DNA of 64,000 nucleotides, taken from positions 9,196 through 73,195 of the forward strand of contig JAGLOO010000064.1 of NCBI GenBank assembly GCA_023138875.1, read 5' to 3'. Source of the stretch: Bacteroidales bacterium (lineage in GTDB: Bacteria; Bacteroidota; Bacteroidia; Bacteroidales; GCA-2748055). The notes under the pieces are model-generated. The model had not been told where the DNA came from and did not search any database. It saw only the letters and a list, made by a program, of their open reading frames with translations. Shown in pieces: positions 40,428 through 50,964 of the stretch. The stretch's first letter is position 1. Each line of letters begins with the position of its first letter. The position numbers and the translations under genes are program-made.

Positions 40428-41873
40428 ATGGATCTGGCCGGACACCTCAACCATAAGGTATTTCATATCATCTCCACGATCGCCCATCAGGAAGGCATCC
40501 AGGCTTTCGTGATCGGGGGATTTGTTCGTGATCTCCTGCTCACCGGATATGATACTCCTCCCAAAGATATTGATATTGTTGTTCTTGGAAGTGGAATTGA
40601 AATGGCAGAGAGGGTCAGGCAATCCATCAATGAGGAGGTGCCTCTGACCGTATTTAAAAATTTCGGAACCGCCATGCTGAAATGGGAGGATACAGAGATT
40701 GAATTTGTAGGGGCGCGTAAAGAGTCCTATCGGAAAAACTCCAGGAAACCCCTGGTGGAAGACGGCTCGCTGGAGGATGACCAGAACAGGCGCGATTTCA
40801 CCATCAATGCACTGGCCATATCACTGAATCAGGATTCTTATGGTCAGTTACTGGATCCTTTCGGCGGACTCAAACACCTGGAAGAGAAACTGATCACCAC
40901 GCCACTGGATCCCGGGCAAACCTTTTCAGACGATCCCCTGCGGATGCTTAGGGGGATCAGGTTTGCCACCCGGCTCGATTTCCTGATTGAACCCGATACA
41001 TTTGAAGCAATAGGTCATCACCGGGAACGGATCGGTATTGTCTCCCAGGAACGCATCACCGATGAACTCAACAAGATCATGTTGACCCGGCAGCCCGGTA
41101 AGGGATTCACCCTGCTGGATAAAACGGGATTGCTGGAGATCATTTTTCCGGAGCTCTACCAGATGAAAGGTGTGGAGGAGGTGGAGGGACAGTTCCACAA
41201 AGACAACTTCTTGCATACCCTGAAAGTTCTGGATAACATTGCTATGAAAACGGATGACCTCTGGTTAAGGTGGGCAGCCCTTATGCATGACATTGCTAAA
41301 CCACGTACAAAAAAATTCGAACCCGGAACCGGATGGACATTCCACGGACATGAATTCCTCGGATCAAAAATGATCCCCGGCATATTCAGAAATCTGAAGC
41401 TGCCGCTCAATGAAAAAATGAAATATGTGCAGAAACTGGTACAGCTTCACCTTCGTCCCATAGTGCTTTCCCAGGACATCGTCACAGATTCGGCTGTGCG
41501 GCGTTTGATCTTTGATGCGGGGAATGACCTGGAAGACCTGATGACCCTCTGCGAAGCGGATATTACATCAAAGAATGAGAAGACGGTAAAAAGACACATG
41601 AGGAATTTCCACGTCGTCAGGGAAAAAATCGATGAGATCGAGGAAAAGGATTCCATCCGCAACTTCCAGCCTCCCATCTCCGGTGATGATATCCAATATG
41701 TCTTTGGAATTCCGCCATCAAGACCGGTAGGGATTATTAAAAACGCCATCAAAGAAGCCATCCTGGATGGGGAAATCACCAATGAATTTGAATCTGCTTA
41801 CAGAAAAATGCTGGAGGAAGGACGCGAACTGGGACTTATCGTTCAAAATAAACTGAAAAAGCGCGGCGACTGA
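40428..41873 (+). CDS. cca: CCA tRNA nucleotidyltransferase / poly(A) polymerase family with HD domain
   Basis: GGFVRD, DIDI, RRDFTINA, DDPLRMLR, HDIAK. Confidence 0.9.
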   Translation: MDLAGHLNHKVFHIISTIAHQEGIQAFVIGGFVRDLLLTGYDTPPKDIDIVVLGSGIEMAERVRQSINEEVPLTVFKNFGTAMLKWEDTEIEFVGARKESYRKNSRKPLVEDGSLEDDQNRRDFTINALAISLNQDSYGQLLDPFGGLKHLEEKLITTPLDPGQTFSDDPLRMLRGIRFATRLDFLIEPDTFEAIGHHRERIGIVSQERITDELNKIMLTRQPGKGFTLLDKTGLLEIIFPELYQMKGVEEVEGQFHKDNFLHTLKVLDNIAMKTDDLWLRWAALMHDIAKPRTKKFEPGTGWTFHGHEFLGSKMIPGIFRNLKLPLNEKMKYVQKLVQLHLRPIVLSQDIVTDSAVRRLIFDAGNDLEDLMTLCEADITSKNEKTVKRHMRNFHVVREKIDEIEEKDSIRNFQPPISGDDIQYVFGIPPSRPVGIIKNAIKEAILDGEITNEFESAYRKMLEEGRELGLIVQNKLKKRGD

Positions 41874-42852
41874 TATCCAGCAAAATGGGAAGATGGTCAC
41901 TTACCCCACCCCTGTAGGAATACCCTTCATAGGTACGTGCGGGCTTCATACCTCCGTAGTTGTTATCCGGGGTCAACAGGACTGGCATATCCAGGATTGA
42001 ACCCTTCACGCGATATCCCGTTACCGGTCCACTTACCAGGAATTGATCGATCCGGCTCCATTGCCCCCTGTACTTATAACTGCCCATGCTACATTCCGGA
42101 TTAATGCTCCTGATGGAATCGCCCCCTGCCCCCGCCATTCGGATGGGCTCCATGGAGTAACCGTCGATTTCTTCATTGAAATCCCCTGTCAGCACAATGA
42201 GGCTGTTTTCCCTCATCCTCCGCACCGAATCCACCAGGTGAACCAGGTAGCCAGCCTGGATTTTCCTGTACTCCGCCGTAGCTCCGGCTCCCCTGAATTT
42301 GGAAATAAAATGGACCAGGAAAAGATCCATTGTGTCGCTGCTGCCCCATATCCCACAAACATGAACAATATCCCGCGTGCTCCCATTCAATCCGATTCCG
42401 GGCGAGGGATATGTGTTCCATCCCACCAGCCCTATCCTGTTTTCCCTGTAAAGACACGCCACATCCATCCCCCGCCTGTCGGGGCTGTCCCTGTGCAGAA
42501 AATTATAATTGAAAGATTGCAGGATGGGATGCTGAACCAGGTCTTCAAGGATCCGGGCCTCTTCGATCTCACCCAGGCCCACCAGGTCAGGAGGCTCCCA
42601 CTCTCCTGCTGCAATGATCAATTTTGCAATCTGGGTGATCTTATTCCTGTAACGGGAGTAGGTCCAGTAGCGTACCCCATCCGGAGTGAACTCATCATCA
42701 CCCGGAAGGGTATCATCGGCAGGGTAGAACATGTTTTCCACATTGTACCACATGATACGGACCTCTCCCCTGACAGAGGAAGTTTGGGCTGAAAGACTTC
42801 CCGGGAATACATGAGGGCACATCAGTACCAGTAACAAAAAGGACCGGTTCAT
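41836..42852 (-). CDS. Endonuclease/exonuclease/phosphatase family protein
   Basis: YNVEN, GDFN, IDQF, SDHLP; signal peptide. Confidence 0.9.
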   Translation of the reverse strand: MNRSFLLLVLMCPHVFPGSLSAQTSSVRGEVRIMWYNVENMFYPADDTLPGDDEFTPDGVRYWTYSRYRNKITQIAKLIIAAGEWEPPDLVGLGEIEEARILEDLVQHPILQSFNYNFLHRDSPDRRGMDVACLYRENRIGLVGWNTYPSPGIGLNGSTRDIVHVCGIWGSSDTMDLFLVHFISKFRGAGATAEYRKIQAGYLVHLVDSVRRMRENSLIVLTGDFNEEIDGYSMEPIRMAGAGGDSIRSINPECSMGSYKYRGQWSRIDQFLVSGPVTGYRVKGSILDMPVLLTPDNNYGGMKPARTYEGYSYRGGVSDHLPILLDISRRAFSVYFER

Positions 42853-42909
42853 ATCAGTTAATGGGATGGTAACAGGAAAATCAGCTTCTGGTGTCTTGTA
42901 GACAAGGCA

Positions 42910-44349
42910 CTAATCTTCGATCCTTTCGTATGCACCCAGGTCCGGGGCCTCATCCCCAAGGCGGTTGTTCCCGTTCAGATCGAAAGGGATCTCCACCGCA
43001 AAGGCAGGCAATCCTGCATCAATAGCCGGGGAGAGTGAGTCCAGTTCAAAAATATTGGGGAGGGTATCTACAAACCTGGGGTCCTCATTGTTGATAATGG
43101 AAATAAAATTGGGATCCGATGAATAGTCCAGGCTATCCTCGATAATGCGTGTAAGGCAGTGGTCAAACAGGTAGTTGAGCTGTTGACCGTCATAACTGTC
43201 GATAACCAGTTCCATCCTTTCATTGCCATAGATGATCGAATTCCTGAACTCAGCCTTTTCAAACTCCCCACCGGTATAGATCAGCAGGTTTCCATCAGCA
43301 TCATAGTTTCCGAAATAATCTGCCAGGTAGAGGGCCGGAAGCTGCCGGTTGGAGAAATAGGAACGCCAGTAATTGGCAAATGTACAGTGGGTAAATTCAT
43401 AGGACCCTCCGTAGATCAGGCCGGCACAGCTGCCCCCGCATTCGCCGATAACCAGGTTGGCTCCTGTTACATTCGCATTCAGGGCATAGATCCCGTTGGA
43501 ACTCATGTGGTCAATGATGCTGTTTGTCATCACCAGATCAGGCATTTTGCCTGACTCAGGTGAGGCGCTGATCAGGATGCCCATGGTCCCGTTCCTGATC
43601 TCGGCATAATTGATGCAGTTGTCCCGGCTGTTCTCCGAAAGGTAAATGAATCCCCACTGACCGGGAATATCATCATAGAACTCCTCCAGCCGGTCCCCAC
43701 TGAAAAGCACAGGTTCTTCCTGTGTCCCGTTCACATGAAGGGAGCCTTCCACATACAGCAGGGCATCCCTGTGCATGTAAACCTTCACACCCGGCTCGAT
43801 GGTAAGCGCCGACATGGAATCCACATATGCATAATTCAGAATCAGGTAAGGTTTGTCCGCACTCCAGGTAGTCGATACATCAATTACACTGTCCCGGATA
43901 ATATGCACATCCTGACCCCAGGCCACAAGGTCAATATCCTGCAGGTTGCCATTGGTAAGAAACAGAATGGAATCCTGGATGCGAAGGATATCATCCGCGT
44001 TATTGGGATCCAGGGTTGCTTCCACAAACACATACATGCTGTCTCTGGGTGCGATTTCCAGGCCTGTGAATTGCAAACCGGGCTCACCATCCACATTGAT
44101 CCTGAACACCGATGATGATCCGCCGGCCAGTATGATCTCATCGATCCTGATGAACTGGTTGTGAGTATTCTTTACCCGGAACGACTTGGTGACCGTCCCG
44201 ATGGTGGTAAAGACAGTATCGAAGTAGACCGTATCCAGGGTAAAGGACAACCTGGCTTTAGAATCCTCAATATAATTCCGCTCCGGATGACAAGCAAAGA
44301 AAAGTACCCCGGAGATCAATGCAAGTAAAAGGATCCTGCGAATAACCAT
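42910..44349 (-). CDS. Lipoprotein with parallel beta-helix repeats
   Basis: Lipobox FFAC; DTVYFDTVFT; SPAIDAG...PDLGAYE tail. Confidence 0.75.
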   Translation of the reverse strand: MVIRRILLLALISGVLFFACHPERNYIEDSKARLSFTLDTVYFDTVFTTIGTVTKSFRVKNTHNQFIRIDEIILAGGSSSVFRINVDGEPGLQFTGLEIAPRDSMYVFVEATLDPNNADDILRIQDSILFLTNGNLQDIDLVAWGQDVHIIRDSVIDVSTTWSADKPYLILNYAYVDSMSALTIEPGVKVYMHRDALLYVEGSLHVNGTQEEPVLFSGDRLEEFYDDIPGQWGFIYLSENSRDNCINYAEIRNGTMGILISASPESGKMPDLVMTNSIIDHMSSNGIYALNANVTGANLVIGECGGSCAGLIYGGSYEFTHCTFANYWRSYFSNRQLPALYLADYFGNYDADGNLLIYTGGEFEKAEFRNSIIYGNERMELVIDSYDGQQLNYLFDHCLTRIIEDSLDYSSDPNFISIINNEDPRFVDTLPNIFELDSLSPAIDAGLPAFAVEIPFDLNGNNRLGDEAPDLGAYERIED

Positions 44350-44425
44350 GCGCTGTTTTGTTCTTATGAACGCAAAAATGGGGAAAATAATATAGGAATG
44401 CTATTTTTGTTTCAAACCTTTGACC

Positions 44426-46084
44426 ATGCTGATGAACATATCAATAATTATGGTGTTTCTGATGACGATCATGAGTTGTACAACCGGTAATAGGCAGGCT
44501 GACCTGATCCTGACGGGTGGAGTGGTTTATACAGTGGATGCAGAATTTAGTATTGCTGAAGCCATAGCAGTGAAGGACCACAGGATCATCGGGGTGGGCA
44601 CCACAGAAGAGATCACAAAAAAGTATCGATCTTCCCACATAAAAGACCTGAAAGGTGCTTTTGTATACCCGGGATGGATCGATGCGCACTGTCATTTCTT
44701 CGGCTACGGGATAAACCTGAATGCGGTTGACCTGGCAGGCACCTCTTCTGTGGAGGAGATCATTGTCATGCTGAAAGCTCATCACCGGGAGCACCCGGGC
44801 GTATGGATAACCGGAAGGGGCTGGGACCAGAACGACTGGGAGGTTCAGGAATTTCCGGACAGGAGTATGCTTGATAAGCACTTCCCGGATACACCCATCC
44901 TTCTGAGACGCATCGACGGTCATGCAGCCTGGGCAAATACAAAATCCCTGGAACTGGCGGGTGTCACACCTGAAACTTCAGTGGATGGCGGCACAGTCAT
45001 GTTAACCGGTGGCATCCCCAACGGGATCCTTATCGACAATGCCATTGAACTGGTTGGATCAAAATTACCCGTTCCCACTGAAGATGAAATGATCAAAGCC
45101 CTGCAGCAGGCAGAAAAGAATTGCTTCCGGGTGGGGCTTACGTCTGTGCATGATGCTGGGCTCTCCAAATCTGTGGTTCAATTGATTGACTCCCTGCAAA
45201 GAGATGGTTCACTCCACATTCGTATCAATGCCTGGCTCAGTCCGTCTGTTGAGAATTTTACACACTATGTGGAGCAGGGGACCTGCCAGACCGATTATCT
45301 CTCGGTGAACACCATCAAATTGTTTACAGACGGTGCATTGGGATCAAGAGGTGCCCGTATGATTGAGCCCTATACGGATGATCCGGAAAACCGGGGGCTT
45401 TATGTAACCCCGCTGGACATCCTGGAAAAGCATTGCAGGAAAGCTTATGATCACAATTATGCTGTGGCCACACACTGTATCGGAGATGCAGCCAACAGGG
45501 AAACACTGAAGATATATGCCGGAATACTGGGCGGAAAGAATGACCGTCGCTGGCGCATCGAGCATGCACAGATCATCCATCCTGATGATTTTCATCTCTT
45601 TGGGGACTATAACATCGTGCCATCTGTGCAATCAACCCATGCAACTTCTGATATGTACTGGGCAGAACAACGCGTGGGATCCCGGCGAATGAAGAGGGCA
45701 TATGCATACCGGCAGTTGCTGGAGCAAAATGGCTGGATCCCTAACGGAAGCGATTTCCCGGTTGAACATATCAATCCCCTCTTTGGGTTTTATGCGTCCA
45801 CCATTCGAAAGGATCAATCGGGGTATCCTGAATCAGGATTCCAGGTTGAAAATGCCATCAGCCGTGAGGATGCTCTGCGTGCCATGACCATCTGGGCAGC
45901 AAAATCAGGATTTGAAGAACAACTGAAAGGGAGCATAGAACCGGGGAAGCTGGCAGACTTTGTAGTCACTACTGAAGATCTGATGACCGCACCGGAAGAG
46001 GTTCTTTTCAGGATTGGGGTCAGGGCTACCTACTCCGGAGGTAAGCTGGTATACGAGTGTCCTGTGAACCAGCCTAACGAATGA
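44426..46084 (+). CDS. Amidohydrolase (YtcJ-like) lipoprotein
   Basis: PGWIDAHCH, DGALGSRGA, HCIGD, RIEHAQ, GSDFP, GKLADF. Confidence 0.93.
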   Translation: MLMNISIIMVFLMTIMSCTTGNRQADLILTGGVVYTVDAEFSIAEAIAVKDHRIIGVGTTEEITKKYRSSHIKDLKGAFVYPGWIDAHCHFFGYGINLNAVDLAGTSSVEEIIVMLKAHHREHPGVWITGRGWDQNDWEVQEFPDRSMLDKHFPDTPILLRRIDGHAAWANTKSLELAGVTPETSVDGGTVMLTGGIPNGILIDNAIELVGSKLPVPTEDEMIKALQQAEKNCFRVGLTSVHDAGLSKSVVQLIDSLQRDGSLHIRINAWLSPSVENFTHYVEQGTCQTDYLSVNTIKLFTDGALGSRGARMIEPYTDDPENRGLYVTPLDILEKHCRKAYDHNYAVATHCIGDAANRETLKIYAGILGGKNDRRWRIEHAQIIHPDDFHLFGDYNIVPSVQSTHATSDMYWAEQRVGSRRMKRAYAYRQLLEQNGWIPNGSDFPVEHINPLFGFYASTIRKDQSGYPESGFQVENAISREDALRAMTIWAAKSGFEEQLKGSIEPGKLADFVVTTEDLMTAPEEVLFRIGVRATYSGGKLVYECPVNQPNE

Positions 46085-46643
46085 CGAAGCTGACCCCCAG
46101 GGCAACAATATCCCAGGCGCGCTCAGAGACCGGCAGGTTGTACTCAATGTAGACAAACATCATTTCGTTGGCATTGAATCCCATGTTCAGCGGCACCCAG
46201 AACCTGGGATTAAGTTCTGTTGCAAAGCTCACGTCCATATCCAGACCCACAGAAAGATTGAGAAAATACCGTGGGGCATAGGTGAAGAGTCCCGTCAAAT
46301 CAAATCCAAATTCATCCCATTTGTGCAATCCGGTTATGACGGAAAAGTAACTCTGACGTGCTTCATGCAGCAGGTATTGTATATCCACACCTATATAATC
46401 GGTGCCATTCATATAATAAACGTACCGGGCATTCAGGTCGATGGAATATTGCAATCCATATCCCCCGCTCAATGCATAGGACATGCCTCCTGCATCAAAC
46501 AGGATCACATTTCTATCAATATGATAGGCGGGTGTTAATCCCACACTGAAAGCGCGTTCAGGCAATGTTTTGGCATAATTCACGACCTGACCGGAAACCA
46601 GGACCGGAATAGAAAGAAGAAACAGAAGGAGAAGCCGTTTCAT
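46074..46643 (-). CDS. Hypothetical small outer-membrane beta-barrel protein
   Basis: Signal peptide; alternating aromatic/hydrophobic strands. Confidence 0.6.
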   Translation of the reverse strand: MKRLLLLFLLSIPVLVSGQVVNYAKTLPERAFSVGLTPAYHIDRNVILFDAGGMSYALSGGYGLQYSIDLNARYVYYMNGTDYIGVDIQYLLHEARQSYFSVITGLHKWDEFGFDLTGLFTYAPRYFLNLSVGLDMDVSFATELNPRFWVPLNMGFNANEMMFVYIEYNLPVSERAWDIVALGVSFVIR

Positions 46644-46688
46644 CCGTTAAAAATAAGACTTATTCTGTAGAATCACTAAAGGGTACCT

Positions 46689-48044
46689 CTAAAAAACGAT
46701 CTCCCTTCCCATATAGAAGTCCAGGATTTTGGTGTAGAAAATGAGGACGTATTTTGAAGAAATCATCTGGGAGGTCGATTCAAACAACTGGTTGCGTGCC
46801 TCCTGGAGCTCCAGTGCTGTACCGGTACCGACCCTGAAGCGCTCTTCTGCAAACCTGTATGCTTCGTCGCTGTTGGCCACTGATTCATTGGCCGACCGGT
46901 AATTATCGAGAGCTGCCAAGGCTTCCGTATGGTATTGCTGGATCGACTTCTGTAGTTCAAGCACCACGCTACTGTACTGGTAATCTGCGTCCTGCAATTG
47001 AATTTTCGCCTTGTTGATATTGGTCTGCACCTGCCACCTGTTAAAAATCGGGAATTGTAAACCCATAGACACCTGTTTATACTGGTTGTCATTCACCTGT
47101 TGGGTCACGGGATAATCCATGGTGGGATCGGAAGGATCCGGATCCCGTGGATTGATCAGGCCGTCACTGTAGTTGGAGTAATACAATCCTCGTGCATAAA
47201 GTCTCGGAGATCTTTTACCTTTCTGAAGGGCCAGGAACCTTTCCTGAGCCTCGATCCCAAACTCAGCACTTTTGATCTGGGGCAGGTTATCCAGCGCAAA
47301 GCGGAAAACGGAATCCAGTTTGGGGATATCCCCCATTGACGGTTCAGGGAACTCTGGCTTTTCAATCTCAAACGAGGTATGATCGGTTATGTTCATCATG
47401 TGCATCAGATTCAGCCTGGCAATCTCCCTGGCATTGATGGCCTGGGTCAGTGTCAGTTTCACAGCAGAAAGCTGTGCATTGACCTCAAGTAGCTTTCCCC
47501 TTGGCTCATTACCGACCTCCACAAGCCTTTCCATCCGCTCCACCTGTTGCCTGGTGACCTCCACCTTATTCTCAGCCACACCTGCCAGTTCCCTGTTCCT
47601 CAATAGATCCAGGTATCCGGTCATGATGCTCAGTATAATGTTGTCCTCCATTGCTTCCAGGTCTTCCATATTCATCCTGTAGCTTGCCCGGTTCATTTTC
47701 ATATTGTTCAGGTTCTGCAATCCGTTGAACAACGTCATTTCACTTTGGAGACCCAGGTCTCCCTGGCTCACATTGGCATTCTTCCATTCATAGGTTCCAC
47801 GGTCAAGTACACGTCCCGAACCGAGCTGGTGTTCAATGGACCCGTTCAGATTTGGTAACAGGTCCAATTTGCTCTGCCGGAGGTCCTGATCGGTTGACTG
47901 CAGCATCAATTCCTGCCGTTTCATCTCCAGGTTATACTGGATAGCATGGTCGATGCACCGGTCCAGTGTCCAGAGGCTATCCCCCTGCCCGAAGAGTTGA
48001 AACGCAAATACTGCTATTGTAATGGTTGTGGTGATATACTTCAT
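46689..48044 (-). CDS. TolC-family protein
   Basis: WTLDRCIDHA, LLPNLN, PIFNR, ERFRVG. Confidence 0.92.
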   Translation of the reverse strand: MKYITTTITIAVFAFQLFGQGDSLWTLDRCIDHAIQYNLEMKRQELMLQSTDQDLRQSKLDLLPNLNGSIEHQLGSGRVLDRGTYEWKNANVSQGDLGLQSEMTLFNGLQNLNNMKMNRASYRMNMEDLEAMEDNIILSIMTGYLDLLRNRELAGVAENKVEVTRQQVERMERLVEVGNEPRGKLLEVNAQLSAVKLTLTQAINAREIARLNLMHMMNITDHTSFEIEKPEFPEPSMGDIPKLDSVFRFALDNLPQIKSAEFGIEAQERFLALQKGKRSPRLYARGLYYSNYSDGLINPRDPDPSDPTMDYPVTQQVNDNQYKQVSMGLQFPIFNRWQVQTNINKAKIQLQDADYQYSSVVLELQKSIQQYHTEALAALDNYRSANESVANSDEAYRFAEERFRVGTGTALELQEARNQLFESTSQMISSKYVLIFYTKILDFYMGREIVF

Positions 48045-48057
48045 AACAGGAATGTGC

Positions 48058-49326
48058 TTAACGGTTATGCTTCAGGATCAGTTTATCGTGGTCGGCGTAG
48101 TTCTGGTATGAGGAGACAATCACTTTCTCTCCGGGCTCAAGGCCTCCCAGCACCTCATAATACCTGGGATTCTGGCGGCCGATACTGATATCCCGTTTTA
48201 CTGCAAACTCCTCTGTGGCATCCAGCACGAATACCCATTGTCCGCCCGTAGTCTGGTAAAAGCCACCCTTGGTCAGCAGTACACCCTCCTTAGATTCACC
48301 CAGTTGCAACCTGATCCGGGAAGTCTGACCAATCCTGATCTGCTTTGGGACCTCCTCCGTAAATTCCATATCCACGGCAAACCGGCCGTTCTGAACCTCC
48401 GGGTAGACCTTTCTGATAATCCCCAAATAGGGCGTGCTGGCAAAATCACATTCCCCGGTAAGTCCCCTCTGAATACGGGCAATGTAATGTTCATCGATAT
48501 CAACCCTCAGTTTATAGGAATCCAGCACATTGATGGTTCCCACCCTGCTGCCATACGTGATCACCTCACCGATTTCAGGATTGAGGGTGGCCAGTTCACC
48601 GTTTATGGTGGCTTTGATATTCAGGTTGTCCAGTCGTCTGCGGATGATCCGCATACTTTCTTCCATGCTTTGAACCGATGATTCCAGTGAATTGATCTGT
48701 ATGGACCTGTAGATCGAATCGTTGCGATAGTTTTCAATAAGCAGCGCCAGCAATTCCGATGAAGACTCGTAAGCCTCCTTTGATTGGTCAAACTCCTCCC
48801 TGGAAATATGATCCTGTTCAAATAGGATCACATTGTTATCGTACAACCTGTGATTCTGTATTACATTAATATTCAGATTTATGATCTGCTGTTTATAATT
48901 AAGTCGGGTCTGGTCCATCTGCAGCCTGGCGGTCCGCAATTCATTGATGGCCCTGACCACCTGTGCCTCGTTATTGGTAATCTCCAGCAGGAGATTGTCA
49001 TTGCTGATCCGGATGATCACATCACCCCGTTTGACCATATTCCCCTCTTCGATCAGGATCTCTTCCACCCTGCCCCCCTCAACGGCATCCAGGTAGATGG
49101 TAGTGATGGGTTCCACAGTCCCCTGGACAGTGATATAATCCTGGAAGACATCCCGTTTAACTTCTTCAATGGTGATGCGCGATACATCCACATTGTACTT
49201 GGAGCTTTTGTCACCAAATATGATGATCCCAAATACAGCCAGCATCAAAGCGGCAAAAACAATGTACCAGATAGTTTTACGGGAAAGCCATCCTTTCTTT
49301 TCAATTTTGCGATCCATTGGGTCCAT
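48058..49326 (-). CDS. HlyD/MacA-type periplasmic adaptor
   Basis: MDRKIEKK N-terminus, YLDAVEGGRVE, GGFYQTTGG, GLEPGEKVI. Confidence 0.9.
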   Translation of the reverse strand: MDPMDRKIEKKGWLSRKTIWYIVFAALMLAVFGIIIFGDKSSKYNVDVSRITIEEVKRDVFQDYITVQGTVEPITTIYLDAVEGGRVEEILIEEGNMVKRGDVIIRISNDNLLLEITNNEAQVVRAINELRTARLQMDQTRLNYKQQIINLNINVIQNHRLYDNNVILFEQDHISREEFDQSKEAYESSSELLALLIENYRNDSIYRSIQINSLESSVQSMEESMRIIRRRLDNLNIKATINGELATLNPEIGEVITYGSRVGTINVLDSYKLRVDIDEHYIARIQRGLTGECDFASTPYLGIIRKVYPEVQNGRFAVDMEFTEEVPKQIRIGQTSRIRLQLGESKEGVLLTKGGFYQTTGGQWVFVLDATEEFAVKRDISIGRQNPRYYEVLGGLEPGEKVIVSSYQNYADHDKLILKHNR

Positions 49327-49354
49327 ATGTGCAGTTTTTATTACCCATACACTC

Positions 49355-49473
49355 AGCACCTTTTATGCCAAAAGGAACAAAAAATTGATTATCATGATTT
49401 TAGATGATATACTCCGGAGATGACTCTTTAAAAAGTGTTCGATTTTGGGATCAATGCGTACGTATTCGTACAC
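49355..49473 (-). promoter_or_regulatory. Sigma-54 promoter and putative enhancer sites for the adaptor-TolC operon
   Basis: TGGCATAAAAGGTGCT (GG-N10-GC) at 49355-49370 minus; palindrome GTACG-N4-CGTAC 49458-49471 and related TGTTCG site at 49436. Confidence 0.65.
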
Positions 49474-49587
49474 TTCAATTAGAAAAATTGCTATATTTAT
49501 ATGAGAAATGTGTTGAATCTGAACGATTTGAATTAGAAGGCACTCTTTTTGTGTCACATACCTATCAATCGATAATTATTTTATAAC

Positions 49588-50964
49588 ATGGAACAAAAAA
49601 TTGGCAGAATCCTGGTAGTGGACGATAACGAAGACATCCTCTTTGCTCTGAAGTTATTGCTGCGTCCGCATGTAGAAATCATTGAAACCCTCACCGGCCC
49701 TGAGCGCATACCCGAGGTGATGCAGAAACAGGATTGGGATGTGATCCTCCTGGATATGAATTTTACAAAGGATGCCATCAGCGGACAGGAAGGATTCGAT
49801 GCCCTTTCGCAAATCCTCGAGATTGATGCCAATGCGGTGGTGGTGTTTATCACAGCATATGGGGACGCTGAAAAGGCTGTAAAGGCTATTAAAATGGGAG
49901 CCACCGATTTTATCCTGAAACCATGGCAGAATGAAAAGATCCTGGCCACCATCAACTCGGCCATCAGTTTGCGCCGTACCAGGCTTCAGGCCCGGAATCT
50001 TAAACTTAAGCAGCAGGAAATCAGCGCAGTACTTGATCAACCCTATACCGATTTCATTGGTCAATCTCCGGAAATGTACGAGGTATTCAACACCATTAAA
50101 AAGGTGGCGGCCACCGATGCCAATGTTTTGATCCTGGGAGAGAATGGAACAGGGAAAGAGCTTGTTGCCAGAGCACTCTACCGGAACTCACTTCGGAAAG
50201 ATGAAGTGTTTATCAGTGTAGATCTGGGATCCATCCCCGAAACCCTTTTTGAAAGTGAACTTTTCGGTCACGAAAAAGGAGCCTTCACAGATGCGCATAA
50301 AATGAAACAGGGACGGTTCGAAATTGCTTCTTCCGGAACCCTTTTCCTGGATGAGATCGGAAACCTGACCTATCCCCTGCAGTCTAAGCTACTCACTGTA
50401 CTCGAAGGAAGAGAGATCATGCGCGTGGGTTCCACCAAACCTATTTCTATTGATGTTCGCATGATCTGCGCCACCAACAGCAGCATTCACCAGGATGTGG
50501 CCGACGGGGTGTTTCGCCAGGACCTTCTCTACAGGATCAATACGGTTGAGATTCCTCTTCCGTCCCTGCGGGATCGATCCGGGGATGTTCCACTTTTGGC
50601 TGACCATTTCCTGAAGATCTACAGCAGGAAATACCGGAAATCCATTCGTAACATTCAATCCTCAGCCATTAAAAAAATGAACCAGTACAGCTGGCCGGGG
50701 AATGTGAGGGAACTCCAGCATTCCATTGAAAGGGCTGTGATCATGTGTGATGGAACCAGTCTCGGTCCCGATGACTTCATCCTCTCCTCTGCAGTGAAAA
50801 GCAACGGTGGATTGGAGCTGGAATCCTATAACCTTGAAGACATTGAAAAGACGATCATCGAAAAAGTACTGAAAACGAACCAGGGAAATGTGACACAGGC
50901 GGCCACCCAGCTGGGTCTGACCCGTACGTCGCTGTACAGAAGAATGGAAAAACATGGTCTTTAA
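49588..50964 (+). CDS. Sigma-54-dependent response regulator (NtrC-like)
   Basis: REC (VVDD, LLDMNF), GENGTGKE, ESELFGHEKGAFTDA, WPGNVREL, Fis HTH. Confidence 0.95.
   Translation: MEQKIGRILVVDDNEDILFALKLLLRPHVEIIETLTGPERIPEVMQKQDWDVILLDMNFTKDAISGQEGFDALSQILEIDANAVVVFITAYGDAEKAVKAIKMGATDFILKPWQNEKILATINSAISLRRTRLQARNLKLKQQEISAVLDQPYTDFIGQSPEMYEVFNTIKKVAATDANVLILGENGTGKELVARALYRNSLRKDEVFISVDLGSIPETLFESELFGHEKGAFTDAHKMKQGRFEIASSGTLFLDEIGNLTYPLQSKLLTVLEGREIMRVGSTKPISIDVRMICATNSSIHQDVADGVFRQDLLYRINTVEIPLPSLRDRSGDVPLLADHFLKIYSRKYRKSIRNIQSSAIKKMNQYSWPGNVRELQHSIERAVIMCDGTSLGPDDFILSSAVKSNGGLELESYNLEDIEKTIIEKVLKTNQGNVTQAATQLGLTRTSLYRRMEKHGL

Noticed and set aside
41836-41873. Convergent 3' gene overlaps (also 46074-46084, 59061-59064)
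   Set aside because: Short tail overlaps are common in compact genomes.
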